A stretch of 64,000 bases of DNA from an uncultured virus (IMG/VR IMGVR_UViG_3300009183_000076) (Duplodnaviria > Heunggongvirae > Uroviricota > Caudoviricetes), in the IMG/VR virus record IMGVR_UViG_3300009183_000076, one strand, 5' to 3'. This document shows, piece after piece, positions 17,601-27,377 of this stretch. A model generated the notes under the pieces. The model made no database searches and had not been told where the DNA came from. It was given only the letters and a program-made list of their open reading frames with translations. The position numbers and the translations under genes are program-made. Every line of letters starts with the position of its first letter. Positions within the stretch are counted from its first letter, which is position 1.

Positions 17601-20600
17601 GCATTACCTGTACTAAAGTTAGTAAACTGACCTTCAGTTGCACGTACATTTGCTAGACCTTGTGCATACCCACCTGTGATACGAGCATTACCTGTGCTAA
17701 AGTTTGTTGTTTGTGTTGTAGTTGCAGTTAAGTTTGCTAGGCCGTTTATATACCCACCAGTGACGACTGCATTACCACTTGAGAAATTAGTAGCAACTAG
17801 TGTAGTTATATTACCATTGGTAATGTTTGCACTTGCTGCATTAATACTGGTTAGATTTACTTTCTTGTTAAAGTTCCAACTGTCATCGGCATTTGCATAA
17901 GTGATTGTTGCATTTGCACCATCAACTGTTAGCCCGGCACCATTGGCGGCAGCAGCACTGCCTGCACCTTTTGCTATTGTAATGTTTATGTCTGCAACAT
18001 CAACTGTAGTAGAGTTAACAGTTGTAGTTGTTCCTTGTACTGTTAAGTTTCCTGTTACAGTTATATTACCACCAACATTTAAGTTAGCACCAATACCAAC
18101 ACCACCGGTGACTACTACTGCACCAGTTGTGCTATTGTCTGATTGTGTAGCGGCAGTAAATGTGGTTGCGCCTGTTGCAGTTAAGGTAGTAAATGCACCA
18201 GTTGCTTTAGTGTTTGCACCAATTGGGAAGTTGTCTGCATACCCACCTGTGATACGTGCATTAGCAGTGCTGAATCCGGTTGTGACAGCAAGAGTTGCGA
18301 CGTTACCTGCGGTAGCATTTAATGAAGTAGCATACCAAGTGTCAACATTGCCGGTTGTGGCAGTTATGTTTGCTAATCCATTTATATAACCACCAGTGAC
18401 GACTGCATTGGCTGTATTTAAACTTGTAGCAAATAATGAACCACTAATATTAGCTGCGCTTGCATTTAATGAGGCAGCATACCAAGTGTTGACATTGCCA
18501 GTTGTGACAGTTATGTTTGCTAATCCACTTAGATAACCACCAGTAACAACTGCATTGCCAGTTGATAGATTGGTAAACTGAGCAGTAGTTGCTGTAATGT
18601 TAGCAAGGTTGTTTATATACCCGCCAGTAATAACTGCATTAGCAGTACTAAAGTTTGTTGTCTGTGTTGTTGTGGCAGTTAGGTTGGCCAAGCCATTTAT
18701 ATAACCGCCAGTGATGACTGCGTTAGCAGTACTGAAATTCGTTGTCTGTGTTGTTGTGGCAGTTAAATTGGCTAATCCATTTATGTAGCCGCCAGTGATG
18801 ACTGCATTGGCTGTATTTAAACTACCTGCATAAATTGCACCAGTAACATTACTGTTTGTGGCATTTAATGAGGCAGCATACCAAGCGCCAACGTTACCGG
18901 TTGTGACAGTTATATTTCCTAATCCATTTATATAACCACCAGTGATAACTGCGTTAGCAGTACTGAAATTCGTTGTCTGTGTTGTTGTGGCAGTTAAATT
19001 GGCTAATCCATTTATGTAGCCGCCAGTGATGACTGCGTTAGCAGTACTGAAATTCGTTGTTTGTGTTGTTGTGGCAGTTAGGTTGGCCAGGCCATTTATG
19101 TATCCTCCAGCAATGACTGCATTGGCTGTATTTAAACTACCTGCATAAATTGACCCAGTAACATTACCGTTAGTAGCGTTTAGTGAGGCAGCATACCAAG
19201 TGCCAACATTACCTGTTGTGGCCGTGATAGCAGATAAACCACTGATTGATCCGCCGGTAATAACTGCATTGGCAGTGCTAAAGTTTGTAACTACACCAGT
19301 GGTAGTTTTAGAATCAGTGATATTGGCAGTGGTAGTATTGACTGTGGCAATTGTACCTGTGCCTGCATTTATTGTTGTGGCATTGGCTGTAGTAAATATA
19401 CCAGACGCTGCTGTGTTTGCACCAATTTGGAAGTTGTCTGCATAACCACCTGTAATACGAGCATTGGCTGTGCTAAAGTTTGTTGCTACTAATGTGGTTG
19501 CAACAACATCTGTACCGGTTAACGTAGTAAACACACCAGTACCTGGTGTAGTGTTACCAATTGGTGTTGCGTTAATTGCTGCAGCATGAATGTTACCGTT
19601 GACACCAAGTCCACCAGAAACAATCAATGCGCCACTGGTAGTAGATGTACTAGTAGTAGTTGTGTTTACACGTAAGCCAGAATTAGTAATTGTTACTTTT
19701 ACATTAGCATCGCCATAATCACCAACTTGAAACTTAATTGCTGATCCGGTGGTATGGGAAAGCAGAATTAAATTACCTCTAGTCAATGCTGAATGATGAA
19801 TCAAGTATCCATCATTTGGATAGATTCCTGGGAAAGCAGGATCTGCGTATGTGCTTGAAGCTATACCAAGATCAATGAAACCATCAGTATCATCGCCGTT
19901 ATCTGCTGTTGCTACAAAGTCAGATGATGCTTTTGCACCTGTATTGATGTTTTGGAAGTTTACTTGACTATAGTTATTCAAATTTGAAGTCAATTGAAGT
20001 ACTGTATGGTCAATTGGGGTATACCCAGTTGTTCCAGCATACAATGCACCAATGCCCCCGGCGTTGCCATAAAACACACCATAACTACTTGCAACAGCAC
20101 CCACAGTTACATTGATATTACCTGACACTAAAATATTACCAGCAGAGATATTTCCTGTAAAATCTGACCTACCGCGAACATTTAAGTTACCGCCAATACC
20201 AACACCACCGTCGTTAGGAACAACTATTGCGCCTGTTGTATAGGTTGTACTGATTGTACCTGCATCAGCAAGAATATTGCCGGTTGCTCGCAGAGAAGAT
20301 AACGTTAAACTATTGGTGACCAATGAAGAAATATTTGCTGATTCGGCCACTAATGCATTGGCCACTGTTACGTTACCAACAATTAAGTTTGCTTTAAATG
20401 CCCGATTAATTACACCAGACGTAGTACCAGTTTCTGTGGTTAGCACTACAATAAACGCACCGTCGGTCTCTGACCATACCAGTGCTGCATTTTTACCGCC
20501 GTAATTGCCTATGCTTCCTAGTGCGCGATTAAACAGAATACCCACATCGTATGCTGGACTACCAACATAACCATTGTTTAATGTGATTAAAGGATCGTTA

Positions 20601-20788
20601 ACTAAAGTATCAATTGAGTTAACTGTGGTAGTATTTCCAGTTACCTGCAAGTTGCCAACAATACTAACATTGGAATTTAGGGTTAAATTTGCGTTAAAAA
20701 GACCGCCAGTTAATGTGCCTGATGCAATTTTTTGAAACGTAATCGTGCTATCAGTAATCTGATTATTCTTAATTCTTGTCACGGCCAT
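14651..20788 (-). CDS. very long tail-fibre protein with tandem repeats
   Basis: 2045 aa; many NFSTANA.ITGGY repeats; C-terminal LPVG.S..RP......GMIRFN and NGVLQ.P..AY domains; TAAATA box at 20823-20828. Confidence 0.8.
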   Translation of the reverse strand: MAVTRIKNNQITDSTITFQKIASGTLTGGLFNANLTLNSNVSIVGNLQVTGNTTTVNSIDTLVNDPLITLNNGYVGSPAYDVGILFNRALGSIGNYGGKNAALVWSETDGAFIVVLTTETGTTSGVINRAFKANLIVGNVTVANALVAESANISSLVTNSLTLSSLRATGNILADAGTISTTYTTGAIVVPNDGGVGIGGNLNVRGRSDFTGNISAGNILVSGNINVTVGAVASSYGVFYGNAGGIGALYAGTTGYTPIDHTVLQLTSNLNNYSQVNFQNINTGAKASSDFVATADNGDDTDGFIDLGIASSTYADPAFPGIYPNDGYLIHHSALTRGNLILLSHTTGSAIKFQVGDYGDANVKVTITNSGLRVNTTTTSTSTTSGALIVSGGLGVNGNIHAAAINATPIGNTTPGTGVFTTLTGTDVVATTLVATNFSTANARITGGYADNFQIGANTAASGIFTTANATTINAGTGTIATVNTTTANITDSKTTTGVVTNFSTANAVITGGSISGLSAITATTGNVGTWYAASLNATNGNVTGSIYAGSLNTANAVIAGGYINGLANLTATTTQTTNFSTANAVITGGYINGLANLTATTTQTTNFSTANAVITGGYINGLGNITVTTGNVGAWYAASLNATNSNVTGAIYAGSLNTANAVITGGYINGLANLTATTTQTTNFSTANAVITGGYINGLANLTATTTQTTNFSTANAVITGGYINNLANITATTAQFTNLSTGNAVVTGGYLSGLANITVTTGNVNTWYAASLNASAANISGSLFATSLNTANAVVTGGYINGLANITATTGNVDTWYATSLNATAGNVATLAVTTGFSTANARITGGYADNFPIGANTKATGAFTTLTATGATTFTAATQSDNSTTGAVVVTGGVGIGANLNVGGNITVTGNLTVQGTTTTVNSTTVDVADINITIAKGAGSAAAANGAGLTVDGANATITYANADDSWNFNKKVNLTSINAASANITNGNITTLVATNFSSGNAVVTGGYINGLANLTATTTQTTNFSTGNARITGGYAQGLANVRATEGQFTNFSTGNAIITGGNIEIDTPGGNSSFVQADHVEGYYGVFGNLISTNVEISGGNVTNMWSLQTNNASITGGAIDNTVIGFTTPRYANFTTANVTAVEAYTVNAARSNVTNGNVTTLVATNFSSGNAQITSGYADSFKIGPNTASTGNFTTANAAAVTAYTVDATSQNVTNANITTLVATNFSSGNARITSGYADNFPLGANTASTGNFTTANANIVAAYTVNTTTLNVTTGNITNLTTPSINTGNITTWGANVTSGNITTLTSGTATIANVNTTSANITDSKTTTGVVTNFSTANARVTGGYADNFPIGANTAAPGAFTQVTVSGETKTATLNATSNVYLSPQSGASTVTINPLTPGNMDNMTVGATSAANVYASNFRAATSLWAASTGPVWIRGGTGTSGINNIPIGAVDPSTASFTNANAQNLTSTVLNATSGNITTLFAQNFSTSNIVITGGTLSGLSGIYATTGNITNFSTANAQVAGGYADNFPVGANVPATGAFTTLTAVSFTPAAIQAQAIGNVTPGTGAFTTLSATGTLITGGNIVNTSNTTTVYTAAAGTANTTGALVITGTGGAAINGNVYVGQGMVINGNKSIYDTIIRGKNENSLVLALADTTYDQVVIGGNIVAANVVQGAKFGVYSTDSLLLPVGPSSDRPSAKGFTDVDGMIRFNSTTNQLEFYGGGTWTNTGSTFTVITGRTFDAASGNPYGNVDGANQTFTLSANSSTNGTMVSINGVLQIPSSAYSVSLDQITFTEAPAVGDVIDTRVITTTSTVTGIASPNGFNQFQASNDYLSFYTGNISLGTVENWRMTTSGTFYPVTFSNIGTPTNRVNYFFASNINLSGGSITGATVSSGSLDDTVIGGNVARSGDFTTLSANSTFTTNAEIVTNDIRGKYVGPGGTDAVYGFNKAVYRSGKFFVQLSDESGTAYQAAEVVCVHNGTTSTIEVFAVTYTGAANLATFSSNIAGSTVYLNASSAGANLAIKVTPTLMKI
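18340..19260 (-). repeat. coding tandem repeats (~84 bp / 28 aa units) in the long fibre
   Basis: NFSTANAVITGGYINGLANLTATTTQTT repeated with near-identical DNA (e.g. gcgttagcagtactgaaattcgttgt at ~18720, ~18950, ~19035). Boundaries approximate. Confidence 0.85.
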
Positions 20789-20862
20789 GTTGTAAATCCC
20801 TCAGTATTATTATTAATATGAGTATTTAGCCAAAATTTGAAAAGTGACGTCACCAGGGGAAA

Positions 20863-21786
20863 TTATGCAGTAAAACTGCTGGTGCCAGGGGTTGAGAAAG
20901 TATGATATGTATATAAACTATCTTGGGTAACTGTTCCGCCTGATCCTCGTTGACCACCCAGATATCTGATTATTACTATTCCGTTACTACCGGCTGCAGT
21001 ATTATTTCCACCTTTTCCATTAGTTCCAGAATATCCTGAAAAAGTAACTGCCACTGCATCGGCCGCTGTTCCTGAAGTTGGCCCAGCAGTTCCATTTGTA
21101 GTGCTAACTGCTCTGGCTAAAGATCCGTTTGTGTAGTTGGCTCCGCCAGATGCTTGTCCACTGCTGCTCAAGTTGGTTTGGCCATTTCCACCGTAGTAGC
21201 CACCACCACCGCCGCCACCACCGCCACCGTCGCCGCCGTATCCAGCACCGTTTCCGCCAGTTAAACTTGTGCCATTTGCTCCGTTTGGCTGGCTTCCGCC
21301 GCCTGGAGATACTACGTCATTGGCTGTCCCTTCATTTGATCCACCGCCACCAGCTCCGCCACCAGCAACCACATAGTACGTGCTACCAGTGTATATGCCA
21401 CTCCACCCGCCACCACCGCCACCAGAGCCAGAAGAGCCACTACCGCCACGATCACCGCCAGTACCGCCACCATTTGTTCCACCTGCAGCACCACCACCAC
21501 CAGTTCCTGTACTACCGCCTGAACCACCGCCGCCAATACCAACAGACAAAGATTGTAGAGAAAACACATCTATGTCAACAACGACCGCTGCACCACCACC
21601 GCCAGCAGCTCCTGCAGGACCATCATTACCACCACCACCGCCACCACCGCCAATTGCTAGCACACTAACAGTATAAAAAGGAGCAGAAAACACTTGTTGT
21701 TCAACTATACCAAAAGTCATGTTAGTTGAGTTTTTGCCAATTGGTATTGGTCTGACTCCAATAATGCTGTTTCTAATTCTTGGCAT
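20863..21786 (-). CDS. glycine-rich virion protein (putative adhesin / fibre tip)
   Basis: 307 aa polyglycine protein ending GIVIIRYLGGQRGSGGTVT...HTFS. Confidence 0.7.
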   Translation of the reverse strand: MPRIRNSIIGVRPIPIGKNSTNMTFGIVEQQVFSAPFYTVSVLAIGGGGGGGGNDGPAGAAGGGGAAVVVDIDVFSLQSLSVGIGGGGSGGSTGTGGGGAAGGTNGGGTGGDRGGSGSSGSGGGGGGWSGIYTGSTYYVVAGGGAGGGGSNEGTANDVVSPGGGSQPNGANGTSLTGGNGAGYGGDGGGGGGGGGGYYGGNGQTNLSSSGQASGGANYTNGSLARAVSTTNGTAGPTSGTAADAVAVTFSGYSGTNGKGGNNTAAGSNGIVIIRYLGGQRGSGGTVTQDSLYTYHTFSTPGTSSFTA

Positions 21787-21789
21787 ATT

Positions 21790-22146
21790 TTAACTAATTA
21801 CTTCGTAGCTTATTGTCATATGTGCAGTAACGTTTGCACTTACGTTAGATTGTATGTAATCACCTTCTTCTAATAGCAGTGCTGTATCTCTTGCTACTGC
21901 TGTTAACGCCGAGTAGGCTGGAATTGATGTAGTTCCAATGATGTAAGCTCTGTCAGTGCCACGATACAGTATTACGTTGCTGTAAATAGTGCCAGAAGAA
22001 TAGTTAGAAATAGTAACAGTATCAACTTTAACTAAATTACCGCTTGTTGATCCATTGGTAATTACATTTGATAATACTGTGGTAACATTTGCTATTGCAG
22101 TTTTACCTATAATTGATGTGCTGTTTAAAAGATTTGGTGCTGCCAT
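21790..22146 (-). CDS. small virion adaptor-like protein (MAAPN family)
   Basis: Likely start is MAAPNLL at 22146 after GGAGGA; paralog of 4638..4994. Confidence 0.75.
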   Translation of the reverse strand: MAAPNLLNSTSIIGKTAIANVTTVLSNVITNGSTSGNLVKVDTVTISNYSSGTIYSNVILYRGTDRAYIIGTTSIPAYSALTAVARDTALLLEEGDYIQSNVSANVTAHMTISYEVIS

Positions 22147-22147
22147 G

Positions 22148-24628
22148 TTATCCTCCAAATACCATTACAGAAGTAAACGCTCTTGCTCGTAATGATGTTA
22201 TATTTGCTTGTTGTATTGCTGCATTTGCATTAGCATAGATCTGATATGCACCTAGGTTGGCCTGTATTGCTACCACATTGGCATTTGCGTAAGTCTGGTA
22301 TGCACCTAGATTTGCTTGTATTGCTACCACATTGGCATTTGCGTAAGTCTGATATGCACCAATGTTGGCATTTACTGTGTCGATACTGGTCTGTTGCGAT
22401 GCTGCATTGCTGATAAGAGTTGTTAAACTATCTGCTTGACTTGCGGCATTAGAAATTAATGTAGTTAAGGTACCGGCTTGACTTGCGGCATTTGCAGTTA
22501 ATGTTTGCAGTTCTCCTGCTTGTCCAGCGGCATTTGATATCCATAAGTTTGCCGCGGTGATGTTTGCTTGCATTGCAAGGATGGTTGTATCTGTTGGAAT
22601 ATACGCAGTTACATTAGCATTGCTATAAAAATTGCCTTGTGGGTTAGCTAATAAGTATGCTGCCACTTCTATGTTACCGTATGTACTAGATGTAAACGGC
22701 GTCCCGTTTGCAAAGTAAAATGCTTTGCTGTACACATTACCAAATGTTGCAGTGGCATTGCCGGACTCGCTGCCGCTTATTCTAAACGAACCGCCTTGTG
22801 GATTTGTTATTGTGATATTACCATTGGCTGCACTAATTGTACCGGCGCCAATATTAATTGTATTTCCTGATAGCCAAAGATCGCGCCAGCGTCGAGTTGA
22901 CGATCCCAAATCGTAAGTTACATTGGCGCTTGGAGTAACATTACTAGCAATATTTCCAAAATCCACTGTGAATGTTGCTGCTGCAACACCACCTGCAATA
23001 TATCTAATCTCAATTATATCAGTTGTTAGCGGAATCTCGGAAAAAGTAATTTGATCTCCAACTACGCTATATGCTCCAGATGCTGCCTGCTGAATAGTAC
23101 CGTTGATGTTAACTAATATTGCATCTTCTGTAGTAGCTTGACTTAACGTAAATGTGCCATTTATGCCATCTGCTGTAATAGTTTCAGATGTAATTGTTTG
23201 TGCACCTTGTATCCAGGCTGCACCAGTCCACCATTCAATTGAACCTTGATCTGTGTTATATCTTAGATATCCGTAATCAGGACTTGGTGGTCTTTGTGCT
23301 GTTGTTCCGGTTGGAATATCAAACGCACTAACACTATCAAATCTAATAATATTGTTGGGATTGTTAGTGGCTGCACTAATATGCAAATCGCCTACAGGAC
23401 TTGTTATCTTTTGTGCTAATATATTACCTGAAGCAATTAAATTTCCTACTACATTCAAATTGGCATTGGCATAAACTAAACCGGAAAAGTTAGCTATAGT
23501 AGCATCAACTTTTCCAATAAACCAGTTTGCGTTAACATTGCCACTAAAATTGCCAAAAGTGCCAGTTACATTACCTGTAATATTTGCTGTTACATTACCA
23601 CCGGTAATTAGTGCATTAGCAGTACTAAAGTTATTTGCCTGGATATTGATGTTGTTTAGTGATCCACCGGTAATTAATGCATTGGCAGTACTAAAATTAT
23701 TTGATTGAAGATTAACGTTATAAATTGTTCCGCCAGAAACCAAAGCATTAGCTGTGCTAAAATTACCAGTTGATAGAGTTGTAATATTCGCCGAGGTACT
23801 ATTTAAACTGGTAGTATACCAAGATTGAGTGTTGCCTGTAGTTATTGTCGCATTAGATAACGATGAAATATATCCGCCACTAATAACTGCATTACCAGTA
23901 CTTAAATTGCCCACCCAACCTGTTTGAATATTTGCTGATGTTGTATTAAGTATCGCTGCATACATTGAACTAATATTTGACGTCAGTGCAGTTATGTTTG
24001 CAATATTTGATAGATAGCCACCTAGTATTGCTGCATTGTTAATACTCATACTATTAACATTTAAATTACCAATGTCCAAGTTGGCTAGTGTGCCTATACC
24101 TCTAAGGCCTCTATAACGTGCGCCAACGACAAAAATTCTTTTACCAGTCACTGCTGTAGGAACATTGGTGTCTGGAAAGTTTAATATGCCTGATTGATAA
24201 TCAAAGTACCAAGAATCGTTATTTCCTGACCCGTCAGCAAATAATTGTGTACCAGTAGTTTGCGGAGTGGTACTGCCAACAGTATCTGCGTAGACCTTGA
24301 CTTGGTAATCCGATCCAAATTCTGGTGGAATCCAATCTCTTGAATTTGTTAACCAAGTTCTATTTGTTCCACTAACAGTGGCATCTAATGTTGTTTGTAC
24401 TGTGCTTGTTAACGAGTCTTTATAAAGAAGTATAACAGAAGTATTAGCTGCCGGAATGGTGCCTGGTATTAATGAGCTTTCTACCCAAATAGTGTCGCCG
24501 CGTGTTAATAGCGGGCTGGCATTGGCTTCATTACTGGGACTTTTAAACGCAGAGGTGTCTGTCTTGGCTACGCCAAAACCAATTTTCTTATATAGTAAGT
24601 CTACCTTTTGTGCGTCTGTAATAGCCAT
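22148..24628 (-). CDS. tail-fibre / virion structural protein
   Basis: 826 aa; NFSTANA repeats, IPTGTTAQRP...G.LRYN motif, PSANVTYDLGS...RWRDLWLSG motif shared with 4996..10026; ends VMVFGG. Confidence 0.75.
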   Translation of the reverse strand: MAITDAQKVDLLYKKIGFGVAKTDTSAFKSPSNEANASPLLTRGDTIWVESSLIPGTIPAANTSVILLYKDSLTSTVQTTLDATVSGTNRTWLTNSRDWIPPEFGSDYQVKVYADTVGSTTPQTTGTQLFADGSGNNDSWYFDYQSGILNFPDTNVPTAVTGKRIFVVGARYRGLRGIGTLANLDIGNLNVNSMSINNAAILGGYLSNIANITALTSNISSMYAAILNTTSANIQTGWVGNLSTGNAVISGGYISSLSNATITTGNTQSWYTTSLNSTSANITTLSTGNFSTANALVSGGTIYNVNLQSNNFSTANALITGGSLNNINIQANNFSTANALITGGNVTANITGNVTGTFGNFSGNVNANWFIGKVDATIANFSGLVYANANLNVVGNLIASGNILAQKITSPVGDLHISAATNNPNNIIRFDSVSAFDIPTGTTAQRPPSPDYGYLRYNTDQGSIEWWTGAAWIQGAQTITSETITADGINGTFTLSQATTEDAILVNINGTIQQAASGAYSVVGDQITFSEIPLTTDIIEIRYIAGGVAAATFTVDFGNIASNVTPSANVTYDLGSSTRRWRDLWLSGNTINIGAGTISAANGNITITNPQGGSFRISGSESGNATATFGNVYSKAFYFANGTPFTSSTYGNIEVAAYLLANPQGNFYSNANVTAYIPTDTTILAMQANITAANLWISNAAGQAGELQTLTANAASQAGTLTTLISNAASQADSLTTLISNAASQQTSIDTVNANIGAYQTYANANVVAIQANLGAYQTYANANVVAIQANLGAYQIYANANAAIQQANITSLRARAFTSVMVFGG

Positions 24629-26622
24629 CAGTTACTTGCTGCCTGTATAGATAATGCCGACACCGTTTGTCCGCTGGTTAATTTTACTCTTATATACATC
24701 TCGTTTGTTGCTGTACTAGAACTACTTACCGTTCCAAAAGTACAAGTTACACTCTTGTTGGTTTGTGCTGATCCAAACACTGCTAATCCACCTAATGCAC
24801 AACCGTTACTGCCATTGCCGCCTACGCCTGCACCTGGTACTCCTGATCCTGCATACGCAGTGCCCATGTCTATCCAACCGTTTAGTGTCGAGCTGGTGTC
24901 TATCGTGCTACCCGGCAATGCTACCCATAGTCCGGCAATTGTTCCTGTATATCTAATATCAAATTTTGAAACTGCTGTTCTAACAAAAGCAAAAGTAAAA
25001 TATTGTGAACCAGATCTTCCGGAACTTAAATTTGGCCCAACTGGCAAATATCCTGTACTGTAGTTAACTTGATCGTGTTTCAATACTGCTGCTACAACTG
25101 TGGCATCATAAGTTTGTAAAGTGCTCGAAGTGCTATTAAATGCTGTGGCACTGGCACTATACGTTGGTGTATCTGCGCTACCCGGATTAACGATTCTGTA
25201 AGGATTGCCCGATCCTGACCCCACACCAGCTGCAATGGTCATACTAGTTTCTTCAATTTGATTGCTAGTACCTGTTTTATAAAGAATAGTTACGCCTGGA
25301 GGAAAGTTTTGTGTTCCTGTATTATAACTGTTGCTGCAACTCAATGTTGGTCCGCTGCTGCTTGATCCAAATCCTGATATAACATTTGATGTGGTAGTAC
25401 AGGACACACTGCCTGAACTCACATATAAGTTAGCGGCCAACGGCCAGCTGACTCCTGCTGAACTATATGTAATCGTCGCTGGTGCGCCAAGTGCCCCTGC
25501 GGCTGTTCCTGTTACCATATTATTTGATGTTGGGAACATATCGCCGCTTAGTCTTGCTATATTACAAGTCAATGTAAATCCTGCACTACTTGTTAAGTGC
25601 GGCACAGTACTTGAATAACTTACTGTATTGCTTGATATAGCAATACTTGTAGAGCTGAACGTAGGTGTTCCAGGTGCACTATTATCAAAGTACCACCAGC
25701 GTGTATTGGTCGGAGTTCCAGCACTGTGTTGTATGTAGACTTCGTTCCACCCTGGACTTACATTTGATCCAGTGGCATATACGTTACAACTTTCCCAAAA
25801 TCCTTGTGCCGTTCCGTTATAAACACCGTAGTCAATATTATTACCAATTACTAAATGACCATATACGCCGTTATCCGAGCCTGTAGTCAATGTACGGTAA
25901 CCCATTATGGTACCGTTTTTTCTGACAGTAATATTACCACTATCACCAGGACCAACTGTACTTACATTAGATGTTGTATACGTAGCAGTTCTGATCACGT
26001 TAGCAACTGTTGTTCCTGCTGCTACAGCACGACTATTACCCGTAGGATCAATCTGACTACCTTGTGCTAACGCCATTACATAAGATGATACGCCACTAAT
26101 AGTGATAGTGTTTGTACCTGGGAATGTGGGCGGCGAGGGGGGTACTAGTTTTCCTAATACTTGATTTAATTGTGCGATACCGTTTGTTACTGAGGTTGTT
26201 GTTGTCAATGATACTGCGTTACTAGCCAATGATCCTGAACTATTAGATCCAAGTTGTATTGTATTGCCTAATAGTGTTGTTGCAATATTTGCTGCAAGCG
26301 ACGAAGCGTTTATCCAGGTTAAATTTCCGGCCCCGTCGGTGGATAATAAAAATCCTGACGATCCACCAGCAATGTTAACATTGGCATTACTGCCAAAATA
26401 CATAATTCCAGTATTAGAAGAAAATGTACTACCTTGGACAATTACATTTGCAAGTTTAACATTACCGGGAGTATCAAATGCATATTGTGGACTGGAGTTT
26501 ATTACCCCAACACGAAAGTTATTTACATCAACATAGAGTAAATTTGCTTCGATCGCTAGATTAACACCTTGTCTCTCAAGGTTGCTAAACAGCATTGGTC
26601 CAGTAATACGCCCAATTGCCAT
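24628..26622 (-). CDS. virion structural protein
   Basis: 664 aa S/T/G-rich ORF whose stop overlaps the downstream gene start; sits in the structural operon. Confidence 0.65.
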   Translation of the reverse strand: MAIGRITGPMLFSNLERQGVNLAIEANLLYVDVNNFRVGVINSSPQYAFDTPGNVKLANVIVQGSTFSSNTGIMYFGSNANVNIAGGSSGFLLSTDGAGNLTWINASSLAANIATTLLGNTIQLGSNSSGSLASNAVSLTTTTSVTNGIAQLNQVLGKLVPPSPPTFPGTNTITISGVSSYVMALAQGSQIDPTGNSRAVAAGTTVANVIRTATYTTSNVSTVGPGDSGNITVRKNGTIMGYRTLTTGSDNGVYGHLVIGNNIDYGVYNGTAQGFWESCNVYATGSNVSPGWNEVYIQHSAGTPTNTRWWYFDNSAPGTPTFSSTSIAISSNTVSYSSTVPHLTSSAGFTLTCNIARLSGDMFPTSNNMVTGTAAGALGAPATITYSSAGVSWPLAANLYVSSGSVSCTTTSNVISGFGSSSSGPTLSCSNSYNTGTQNFPPGVTILYKTGTSNQIEETSMTIAAGVGSGSGNPYRIVNPGSADTPTYSASATAFNSTSSTLQTYDATVVAAVLKHDQVNYSTGYLPVGPNLSSGRSGSQYFTFAFVRTAVSKFDIRYTGTIAGLWVALPGSTIDTSSTLNGWIDMGTAYAGSGVPGAGVGGNGSNGCALGGLAVFGSAQTNKSVTCTFGTVSSSSTATNEMYIRVKLTSGQTVSALSIQAASN

Positions 26623-26631
26623 TATTGTCCT

Positions 26632-27054
26632 TTATGCAGCGTTAGTGCTGTTGAGATTGTGAACAACAACAATTTTATTTGGGTTAACCCCAGGAGCTGG
26701 TGGTGGGCTAGTAAACGTAATAAACTGACTTGCAATTGTATAGTTAGTTGTTGGCTGTTGATAAACGCCGCCAATTGATACTAACACAGCCGAATCACTG
26801 TATTCGTACTGTGTCATTTCAAAAGTTTGTTGTATGTTGTCGCCTGTGAATTCATCTACCACAATGGCAACGGAACCAACTTTGGCAATAGTATTCCAGG
26901 CACCATTATAGAATAATTCTACTTTATTAGTGCTTTGATTAAATCTAATTTGCCCATTAACAGGGGCGTCAGGTCCAAGACTACTAGTGCCTAACGGCAA
27001 CTGAACAGCGTATGCGCCGCCTCTTATTTGAGTATTCTTAAGATATCTTCCCAT
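26632..27054 (-). CDS. small virion protein
   Basis: 140 aa; LPLG....P..P.NGQIRFN and GGVYQ.P...Y domains shared with the fibres. Confidence 0.65.
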   Translation of the reverse strand: MGRYLKNTQIRGGAYAVQLPLGTSSLGPDAPVNGQIRFNQSTNKVELFYNGAWNTIAKVGSVAIVVDEFTGDNIQQTFEMTQYEYSDSAVLVSIGGVYQQPTTNYTIASQFITFTSPPPAPGVNPNKIVVVHNLNSTNAA

Positions 27055-27055
27055 A

Positions 27056-27367
27056 TTAAACTTCCGCTGTACTTAGTGTCATCACTATCGCAGACGTTGC
27101 ACTACAGTTTGCCCAAATGCTATCACCTGTTTCTAATATAATTCTTTCTGTATCAGCAATATAACTATCAAATCCTGCAATACTAATATTACTATAAATT
27201 CTACAGTTTTGTGGATTTGCTCCGGCTGGTACTAAAAACACATTTGCTGTTTGTGTTGTGCCAGTAACGTTGCACAGATACAATGCAGTAATCGCTTTAG
27301 TAGAGGTGCTAGTGCCATATGTCACATTGGCATTTGCTGTTGTTAGTTGTGTGCTTACGATTGCCAT
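27056..27367 (-). CDS. small virion protein, distantly like the MAAPN family
   Basis: 103 aa; IILETGDSIWAN resembles LLLEEGDYIQSN of 21790..22146. Confidence 0.6.
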   Translation of the reverse strand: MAIVSTQLTTANANVTYGTSTSTKAITALYLCNVTGTTQTANVFLVPAGANPQNCRIYSNISIAGFDSYIADTERIILETGDSIWANCSATSAIVMTLSTAEV

Positions 27368-27377
27368 TTAATTTTCC

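Noticed and set aside
18340..19260. CRISPR-like array
   Set aside because: The repeats are in-frame coding units with synonymous variation and no unique spacers; no cas genes are present.
5102..20504. Many 60-200 aa plus-strand ORFs over the fibre genes
   Set aside because: Antisense frames lacking stops because of the fibres' codon bias; no RBS or promoter support.
21129..21676. His-rich and Pro-rich plus-strand ORFs (also 1516..1707 and 4262..4576)
   Set aside because: Antisense shadows of GGN-rich glycine codons in the real minus-strand genes.
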